From: the human T2T-CHM13v2.0 reference genome, Homo sapiens
Direction: 5' to 3' (one strand)
DNA length: 64,000 nucleotides
Assembly (NCBI RefSeq): GCF_009914755.1
Contig: NC_060938.1
Position numbers and translations under genes: made by a program. The notes beneath the pieces are model-generated. The model was not told where the DNA came from. It did not search any database and worked only from the letters and a program-made list of their open reading frames with translations. Of this stretch, positions 53,241 through 64,000 are shown one piece after another. The stretch's first letter is position 1. Each line of letters begins with the position of its first letter.

Positions 53241-54751
53241 TCATGGTCATCATTTCCTTTCCCCCACAACAACCTGAGATGCCTGTAAGAATTGGACACC
53301 TTCCAGTCAGAAAGCATACAGCAGACACACCAGCCTTGGGTCTATGAGGCCCCATTTCACAGATTAGTCAATTCAGGTTCAGGAGGACTAGGCTCCAAGC
53401 AGAGCTGGATCCCACTTCTCAACACATTTCTGAGTCCTCCTGCAGAGCGACAGGAGGCAATTAAAATGACAGGGACCATTGAAAGGCCCCAAGAAAATAT
53501 ACACTGACTGCCCCATGAAGCATGGCAACTCCTAAACCAAGCGAGGCAAGGCTGGTGCCAGCACCCAGAGGACACTATCTCTGAGAGCACCCAAAACCCA
53601 ATCCATTCCACCAAGAGCAGCCAAGGGAACAGACCAGGCTTCCAGGGACAGCTTATCTGCAGGAACTATCATCTGTGTGTGCACACCAGAAATATAGAAA
53701 CGGCCCTTCCCTTCAGCCAGTGGCTGTCTGCTGGCCACAGGTAGGGAAGTACCTGCTCAGAGAAAGATGCCAACACCCAATGTGTCACTCAAGCCCCTGG
53801 AGGACACTCAGCTCCTCCTGGCCTCACACCAGCTCCCCTTGCAGGCTCCCTGACTCTCTCTCCATGCTCACATCCAGCATGGATAGGTCAGGCCTCCCTG
53901 GGTTGGATGGCCTATGCTCAGAGACCCCCTGGTCTTCCTCCCTGTCCTTCCCTCAGTGCATGGTTCTTGGGTTTGTATCTGACCGACTCTCCCCATCCTC
54001 CTTTTCTTCCTTTCTCTTTTCATCTTTTTCCTTCTCCTCCTCTTGTCTCCTCCATCCTAGTAGCTCATATTTGGTGAACACTGAACTCTACAGCAGGTTC
54101 TAAGCCAAGTTTTCAAGTCCCTTATGACACCTCCTCATCCCAGAACTTTAGGAGGCAGGCATTGCTATTAAGTCCCAATTCTACAGTCTGAAGAGGTTAA
54201 ATAACTTAGTTGAGGTCACTTAGCTCATCAACAGAAGAATGACTCCAGGGCCCAAGATCCCTCAATAAAGAACCAACTAATACATATTTGTCAAATGAGT
54301 GAATGTGAATGAATTTTTTTAAGCCCAGATCTGATCTTGTTCCTGCCCTGGGCAAAACCCTTCTAGGCTGCATGGCCTTCAGACTTAAGTGGCCTTCAGG
54401 CTGGAGCCCAAGCCGCACTGTGGGCCCCAGCCTGCCTGCAGCCTCCTCTCCCCAAGTGTCCACATGGCACCCATGGCCCTGTCAGGGCACTGTGGCAGCC
54501 TTCTAGGTCAACCATACTTCCTGAACTCGGCACATGGTCAGCCAGACAGTGTCCTCCCTCCACCCACCTCCCCGCTCTAGCAAACTCCAGCTCAGTCCTT
54601 CCCTCCTGCCTGCATGTGGCTTCCCATAAAGGCTTCTCAGATCTTCCTGAGCAGATTCAGCCACTACTTCTCTTCTTCCAAGGTACCTCGCTCCCACTCC
54701 TTTGCAGGGGTCCACGGACTTCCTGCCTCCCTCTGGGCCTGGGAGTCTTTA

Positions 54752-55142
54752 TGTCATGTGTTGAATTGCATCCCAAAAAATTCATATGGAAAGTCTTACC
54801 CCAGCGCCTCAGAATGTGACCTTCTTTGGAGACAGAGTCTTTACAGAGGTAGTAATTAAAATGAGGGAATTAGGGTGGGCCCTAATCCAGTATGACTTGT
54901 GTCCTTATAAGGAGGAGAAACTTGGGGACAGACACACACAGGGAGAAAGCCACATGAGGATGGGGACTGCCATCTACAAGAAGAGAGGCCTGGAACAGAT
55001 TCTTCCTCACAGCTTCAGAAGGAACCAACCCTGCTGACACTTTCACCTTGGACTTCCAGCCTCCAGACTGTGAGAAATAAATATCTCTTGTTGAAGCCCC
55101 AGTTTATGGTACTAGGTCATGGCAGCCCAAGGAACTTACACA
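54752..55142 (+). mobile_element. MLT1B-like solo LTR
   Basis: TTGAATTGCATCCC...CCTCAGAATGTGACCTTCTTTGGAGACAG...GGACTTCCAGCCTCCAGACTGTGAGAAATAAA. Confidence 0.88.
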
Positions 55143-55502
55143 CCCAGAAACCCAAACTTGCCTGTCACCTTTGTATACATCCTGCTCAGGGCTGCAGCTG
55201 GGAAGGGAGACTACTGAGCAAACCAAAGGGTGAATAAACCCAGGAATACCACGTCCTGAGGGCAGACTAATTGCTAATGGATTTTTAAACCAACTCAATC
55301 TGACCACTGAGGTGTTTTCCCTCTGCTGGCCAGCAATTTTCACATAATACACCCTGGCAAAGAAAAGTGGGATGTAAAGCAGGGAGCTTCACTCGATCTA
55401 ATCCAAGAGCAATTATTGAGCACCTGTTGCATACCTGGAACAGGCTGCCCTGGGTCCAACACGCTCCACCACAATAAAAGGCCTTTCAGCATGTGCTCAC
55501 AT

Positions 55503-55503
<1 letters not shown>

Positions 55504-55533
<30 letters not shown>
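55504..55533. repeat. (CA)n microsatellite
   Basis: About 15 CA units. Confidence 0.95.
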
Positions 55534-55535
<2 letters not shown>

Positions 55536-55589
55536 ATTCGTATAAAGAATTTTTAGTTTCAAATGCTTCGTCTCCTACATGTTTCTTAA

Positions 55590-55908
<319 letters not shown>

Positions 55909-57513
55909 AACTTTTGACTTTTATTGTGCTAGTTTCTCACCTAACCTAACCAAGCTTCGAACTCACTGGGCACATTGAGTCGTGTTACGTTTAAAAGGCC
56001 AATGATGTTTCATGACATTCCACACAGCACATCTCCATTCTTTCTTTTTTTAACTTGACAACCTCAGGAGTTTCCAAACTGCACTTAAAAAAATATTTTT
56101 GTTTGTTTTGGGGAGATAAATAGGAGTTGACATTCACTCACCAGCTCAAGTTCATTCACCGTTACTGGGGGCTGAGCATACAGAGCAAAGGAAACCACCA
56201 AGAGCAAGAATCACTACACAAGACCAACCTGCCAGGGCCTCCGATGTGCCAGGGCCTGCTCCAGGCACCGAGCGGAGGGCAGTGAGTACAGCCAAGCCCT
56301 TGTCCCGTATCTGCCTGGACCCTGCCCATGGCTCCACATAGCCTCTAAGTGCCGGGCAGTGAGGGTGGCACAGGGACGATCAGGGCCAAGCGCATGGGAT
56401 GAGCGTAGCCACGATGGGCTGCCAGAATCATCAGACCTAACTTCACACGACAGCATCAGTCAGGAAGTGATCAGGAAGGCTCAGTGTCGGGAAGGCCAGG
56501 ACTTGTTGGATAGGAAGGCAGGAGGTCACAACTTGGGAGAGCAGAGAAGCTGAATTTGTGTATTTCCAAACACCCGCTGTACTGCAGGCTGTGGTGTGCA
56601 CGTTGTCTGCTTCGACTGTAAACCACTGCATTTGAGAACTCTGCTTGCATCCTGTCCTTACCCAGTGCCTGCACGAGGTAGGCACTCAACAAATGTTGGC
56701 CAGACTAAACTAGTTATAACCCATGTCACTACACAGCAGTTAACGTGGGTGCCTGAGTTCACCCAGAGCTCCTGGAGCTCTTCCTTTCTCAACTCAGCAC
56801 CCCCCGATGAACGTCCCCATGAACGTCCCCTGAAATGGAGCAATTGCCCAAGGCCAGGCAGCTGATCAGGGGAGGTGAGTGGAGAACCCAGTTCTGTCTA
56901 ACCCCTCTGGACTCTGCCACTGCACCAGGCTCCATCACTCATGAGATGTGACAATGACAGCAAGGCCTGAGATAACCACTTCCCACAAGCCAGGCACTCG
57001 ATGTTCATTATTGTGTTTCATCTCCACCAACCTCTGCCCTTGGAGGGACATGCCATATGACACCCATTTGACAGTTGAGGACACCGAGGCACCGAGAGGA
57101 TGGAGAGCTTGCCTGGAGGCATGCAGGTTGTAGGTGACCAGGCCAAGATTCCTGCCTGCGACTCTGGCGTACTCTTCAACCCTCTCAGCAGTACTTCCTC
57201 TCTGTGTTGTGAGCTTTGGGGAGCCCACATCCCTATCATTAAAGGAGAGCAGGGACACACGAGGCTAGGGAAGGTGGCTGCCGGCCAGGAGAACATGGCA
57301 TGGGAGGTTCCCACAGCAGGGAGGCTGGGGGCGGGCAGCTGGGGGTGGATGGTGCCTTGTCAAGAAGCCAGATCCACTTTGCGGAAAAGCCACTCAGATG
57401 CAGAGACCAGAACCTGTTTGAAGAAGGCCAAGGACAAAAGCAGCTTTCATCTGACCTCCCCAACAGCTAAGGGCCACAGTTGGAGTTTGAGAAGGAAAAA
57501 CAAACACCTCCTA

Positions 57514-58403
<890 letters not shown>

Positions 58404-59939
58404 TCAGAAAGAGGGCAAGGCCTTCAACGAAGTTCTTTTCCACCCAGGCTCCCAGCTAACGCGGCTGAGCTGAGTTAATGGGGAGGAGGCTGAAACAGCC
58501 AACACTAGTCAGGGTTTCCTCGGTCCCCAGGAAGCCCCACAATGCCCAGCTCGGGGCTTGCCCTTGGTCTGAAGCGGAGGGAAAGAAGCCTCATCTCAAT
58601 CCCATACTTCATAGGGAACCCTTTACCTCCCTCACCTCTGAGACCCCCCATGACAACTCTCCAAAGACATATTGCTTTCCCCGTTTCACAGATGAGGAAA
58701 CTGAGGCCTAGATTATGGAAATCACTCCGTCAAAGTCACAACCACGGATGCTTCAGGATTCACATCCAATGCAGCAGAAACCCAACACCCAGCCGTGCAC
58801 CCCAGGAACCACGTGCGGACCCGTGTCCAACCTGACATGCCAGTGCTGGAAATGAGACACGCTCCTCGGCTGGAAACAGGCAAGAGCCGAATCCAGCCCT
58901 GCCAGTCATCCGGTGGAACATATGCATTTCAAGGATGGAACAGTTGTATGCTCTTTTTTACCCAAACTTAATATTTTGCATGTTCCTCTCTCAAACACCA
59001 CAAGCCTTCCTGTGGCCATGTTGCGCAAGTCCCAGAGATATTTTCTGTCTTATGTTTTACCCCACACAGCGGCTGTCTTCTGAGAAAGGAAATCGACCAA
59101 GGGACAAAATCTTGTAAATATTCCAGCCATTCACTTATCCCGCATAATTACCCTGCAAAGAACAACATTTGGGCCTCAATTCACAGGCAGATAGCTGCAT
59201 TATGCAATTAGCCAACATGCCATTAGCGGAGTTTGCAATGTGCCTGAGCTGATGGGCCCCACAGGCTTCCAGGAGACCCCGTGTATCGGGAAGACGCACG
59301 GCGAAGTAGAACCTTCCCCAGGGAAGGTGCCTGGAGGAGGGTCATACAGAAAAGTGGAGGTGAGCTCCTAAAATTTTGTAATCCACCTTCTTCCCTCCAA
59401 CCAATCCACCTTCACACAGGCTCATCTTCAACATTTCTCCCCTAAGCTATTGTGACAGCCTCCGACCTGGCTTCCCTGCCTCCATCCTTCAGTCAGTGAC
59501 AGCTTTCTAAAATCCATGTCTCTTCTCTAATTCAGTGTCACCCCACCACCTTCAGGGGACACTCAAGCATGGCCCAGAATTCATGATCTGCAGTCCCTCC
59601 AGCCTCTTGTTTTGACACACCCAAGTACTCACTCACCCTTCTACAAACACAGGCATGTGCACACACACGTTCACAAATGCTGGGATACCCACCTCTCCCT
59701 TTTCCCACTCTCCCTTCTGTTGGCCAAGGAGCTGCCGACCCTGCAAGTCTCAGATCAAGCATCACATCTTCATGGAGGCTGCTCTTATCTCTCCCTCCAC
59801 CTCCAGTCTGGAACTCATACCATGCAGGGCTAGAATGCTACGGAAGCTGCCTTCTCTACAGGGAAGATGACTCTGTGTTGCAAAAGAGTATGAGTAACCA
59901 TTAACAGCCTTGCGATTTCTTCCAATTTGTACAAGAAGT

Positions 59940-60280
59940 CATTTCTTTACCATGGTGTGCCAAGCAGTGGGATTACCAATCTTTAAACCCATTGCCAAAT
60001 AGTGCTAATTTCCACTCCCAAAGACAATGTTTAAACAAGTGCGCCTAATTCTTAATGTCATTATCAGTGCTTGAAATTACCATTATTTTCAAGTTTGCTA
60101 ATTTAGTAGATAGAACATCAGGCATCATTTTATTTTGCATTTTATACCTAGTAAGGTTGACTATTTTTTTATGTGGTTGGGGATTGCATCCCACCTTCTT
60201 ACAATTATCTATTTAAATTATTTACTATTAGAATCAAGTGGTTTTCTTGATAATCTGCAGCAGTCCACTGTACAAACCAG
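59940..60280 (-). mobile_element. Old L1ME-like fragment
   Basis: AAGTTTGCTAATTTAGTAG...CATTTTATTTTGCATTTT...AGTAAGGTTGACTATTTTTTTATGTG. Confidence 0.55.
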
Positions 60281-61039
60281 GGAGGGACACAAGGTTCTCC
60301 TCAACATTATTTATAATAGCAAATAAAGGAGGACTTTTAATAAGGGAACAGTTCAAACATTCAGAGAGCAACACTTCTATAGAACATTAGGCACCCTTAG
60401 AAATGCTAAGGATAAAGACTGCAGACCATGACAAATGCTTACTGTGTGAAGGGAAGGCAAAAGCAATACAAGATTGCTTCGATATTCTGATTACAGCTAT
60501 GCAAAATGCACTATATGCTGGGTCCTAGAGAAGCAAGGATGAGCAAGACTGTCCCTTCCACTGAAGAGCTCACAGTCCAGCTCAGGGAGAGAAATATAGC
60601 AGCAGACTGTTTTGGTGCAATGTGAAAAATGTTTCCATAGAAGGGGATGCAGCAGGTAGTGGGAGCTCAAGGCATAAAGCCACAGGAAGGCTTCTTGGAG
60701 GCAATGATGTCCCAGCTGAACCTTGAAGGACTGAGTGGTTGGTCCTGCTGATGGAGTTGGCATCTGCTGGACTTGGAGCCCCAAGCAACTGTTCAAGTAT
60801 TGCTGACTGGTCCTCCACCTGAAGGCTGAGCCTCCTACTCTTGGCAAACTGTCAATTCAAAAGTAAAGCAATGTTATGTGCGTGGTCCTATATGTTCCTC
60901 AATAACCCTCTGAGGTGGGTATATTACAGCTTATTCCACAGCAGGAGGAAGCAAAGACTAAGGAGGCTAGATCTCTTGTGTTGAGTCATACCAGCTTCAA
61001 AACCACAACTGAAAAACTCCAGAGCTCATGCACATAACC

Positions 61040-61224
61040 CTTGTGCCGATGTTTCTGGAACCTTCTGCACCAGAATCATGTGGAACGACTGATAAACATC
61101 AGGATCCCAAGACCCTCTCCAAAGAGACTGAATTTAAACTTCTGGGGATGTGGTGAAGGCATCTGGATTTTTTTAAGCATGCCTTCTAGATTATCTATAT
61201 AGACACTGAAGTTTGAGAACCAAT
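61040..61224. mobile_element. MER5-like MITE
   Basis: CTGCACCAGAATCA...GACTGAAT...ACACTGAAGTTTGAGAACCA. Confidence 0.7.
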
Positions 61225-62414
61225 GAATGGCATGCCACTTACTGACATATTCTCAGGAATGTTTTCACCTGCCTGGATCAAGCACTCACTTTCCATGGCC
61301 CAGCCTCCATGCCTGCTGTCATCATTGCTTGCTGCTTAGGACAAGGTGCACGTGAGGCATTGCTAAGAACAAACCAGGCCCTCAGCTGGGGTCCTCCCTC
61401 TTCCAAGAATACTTGACCCTCCGGCTGACTGAGCTCATCGTCGTGTTCAGAGCTAGAGTGCAACCTGTCTTCCTTCTCGTTTTTATTTGACACTGGCAGC
61501 AATGAGGCATCTCCTCTGCTAAATTAATTATGTCCATCATCACTAAAAGAAATCCACTGAGCTTCATCAAGCCTGGCAAGTTAGGGAGATGCCTGCATCT
61601 CAGACACCGACATCAGCAACAGAAACGGATGCTGGAGGCAGACAGAGGAAGGGAGGCAGAGGCTGTCGGAGGTCAAAGGCTCCAGGACTTGACGTCATCA
61701 GCCAGGGCTGAGGGAACAACCTGGAGTCAGAAAAACCCAGGCCTAAGTCCTGTCTGCCTTTTGCAAGCCGTGTGACCTTGTCCTTGCCCTTCACCTCTCT
61801 GCCTCTCAGTTTCCTTATCTGTTAAATGGGCATAGTAACACTGGCTCACAGGGTTGTTGTGAGGGTCATTTGAGCAGACGTGTAAAGCATGAACTAGAAA
61901 TATTCACTGATTCTAAGTGAGCCACTTAGTGGCAAGGATGGGACTTATTTTACACTGAAGAGTAGGTTATTTTATGGGAATGGGAAAACTGCAAAGTTCT
62001 TTTTTTAAGGTTATTTACAAATATAAATGTACTTTCTTTAAAGGTGTATTAAAAAGTGGTAAAATACTAAGAGAAAGGAGGCGACAGGGCATTTCCTGAC
62101 CAAGCTGAGCTACTTGGGGTGTCCTGCAGGTGGGGGCTGTCTGGCTCCTTCCCCTCCCTGCACTCGCCCTTGCAGGCCTCACCCCTGCCCACACCTCTTG
62201 GCACTTCATCTGATCCTTAAACATCCGCCACATGAGGCCTCCCCTCGACCACCTGCACACTCTTCCTACTGCCTGTTGGTCTTCCCACGAAGAGCCATGT
62301 CCTCACTCCGGACCCCCTCCAGGCCCTGCTCAAATCCCTCTTTCATTGGCCTGGCCCTCCCAGATGACCCACAGAAAAGCAGCCCTGCGCCTGCAATCTT
62401 CACCTTGCACGGAT

Positions 62415-62459
62415 CACCATCCCTCACCATCTGACAAGCACCATCCCTCACCATCTGAC
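62415..62459. repeat. 24-bp-period tandem duplication
   Basis: CACCATCCCTCACCATCTGAC twice (62415 and 62439). Confidence 0.9.
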
Positions 62460-64000
62460 CAGTTTACTCAGCTATGCTCAGCTGCTGCCCCCAAGTACAC
62501 AGACTGCCTACAAGTTCCCATCTCAGCACCTGGAAAGCTTCCTGGGCACTCAATAAATAATCAATACTGTCAAATTAATGACTCCGTTACGTGGGCTGTA
62601 TGCCATTTAATTCATACATCCAGCCGGAGAGATAGTAATGGGCTATTGTTCCCATTTTATAGATAAAGGAAATGAGGCTCAGAAGAAATGAGCAACTGGC
62701 CAAGATCCCACAGCCAGTAAGTGAGGGTGTAAGTAATAGGAATTCACATTCAGGTCCATCTGAATCCCATCCACAAACCCAGCACTTTGTCTCAAGTCTC
62801 CAAAGGGCAAGTACATAACGAAGGGGCTGAGTGGCTGAGAACATACTGGACTAATCAAAAAACCAGTGTGACACACTGCACAGCCGTACAACAGGCCCAT
62901 CCAGATCTAAACCACGGCGAATGAACCCCTGACTTCCTGGCCTCACCACCTACAGCAGGAGCCCCTTTCCCAGGGCCGCAGGCTGTGAGAAACCTAGAGT
63001 ACTTCGCAGTCCCCAAGGAAGAGCTCAGTGAAACCATCTGGTCCCACTTGTCATGGGAGCAGAAGAAAAGAACTCTCTGCAAGGGTTCTAGGAAATTCAC
63101 TGCTCCCCACCCAGGGTTCAGGGAAGGCAGGAGGGGAGCAAACCTTTGCTGAGAGTATTCTTGGTCCAGGCTCACACTGGCCCTTCCCCACCATCCCTTT
63201 TCTCACCCTCAGGACAGCAGTGCATGGCAGAGGCCATCAGGGCCATGCAGAGTGGGCCCGTCACACCTCTGGGGACACGGTTCACATAGACCATGCGATG
63301 AGAGGCTTTACTTACAATTGTGTGACCTGGTAACCCAGGGCATCATCCCATTTTAGAGAAATGAAAGCAGAGGCTCAGAGACAGGACCTGACTTATGTAA
63401 GATTCCCCAGTTAATGAAATGCCAAGCTGGGATCCAAACTCGTTATCTGATCCCAAAATCCACACTCAGCCCATCCACCACAACACCTACACTCTCGAGC
63501 TCACACATGTTAATTCATTTCGTCTTTGCCATGATCTAGGAAGAGAGGTATTAGAAATTAGCAAACTCCTCAATCGGCCCAAATCAAAGGGCTGTGATAA
63601 GGGATCACCTCCTGTGTGATTTCAATCCAAAAAATCCACAGCGTTTCATTATAAACATAATCATCTTAAATAAGAGGTAAGTCTTGCTGCAGGAAAGTCA
63701 CTGTTAAACACTACACAAACCAGCAACAGCCCACCAGACACACCAGGAAAGGAAAAAGAAGAAATATCTGAAGTGTCCCCCTACTTTTACCCCCACACCT
63801 TCTTCAATCAGTCCTGATGGACAGAACCCACCAGAACATGGTCAGCTTCTCTCACAGCTGGGAAGTAGTAGAATCAGAATCGAAATCCAAGCTACTCTAA
63901 CTCCAAAATTCAAACATTTTCCCCTATACTTCACTGCCTGTTAACATTATTTCATTTATTCTTACAGTGACCCAAACACCCATTATTATTATCCTTATGG

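Overview
Primate (human-like) non-coding genomic DNA, either intergenic or deep-intronic. It is dense in Alu, L1, L2/MIR, MaLR/ERVL LTRs and MER DNA transposons. No supportable protein-coding gene, RNA gene or CRISPR array is present: the listed ORFs are repeat-derived or chance GC-rich frames. The only real coding relics are a decayed ERVL-class gag/pol (about 11.95-14.56 kb) and L1 ORF fragments. Between the repeats lie many TE-free, homeobox/PBX/MEIS-motif-rich blocks that look like conserved non-coding enhancers of a developmental-regulator landscape; the locus itself cannot be named from sequence alone. The most notable structure is: (1) a nearly identical, non-tandem 333-bp templated insertion whose junctions suggest three template switches; (2) a second, older insertion of similar geometry; (3) two oppositely oriented pentamer arrays resembling immunoglobulin switch regions; (4) a MADE1 hairpin with a symmetric 3-bp insertion in both arms. 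I found no convincing new gene system. Subfamily names come from recalled consensus sequences, and most TE boundaries are approximate.
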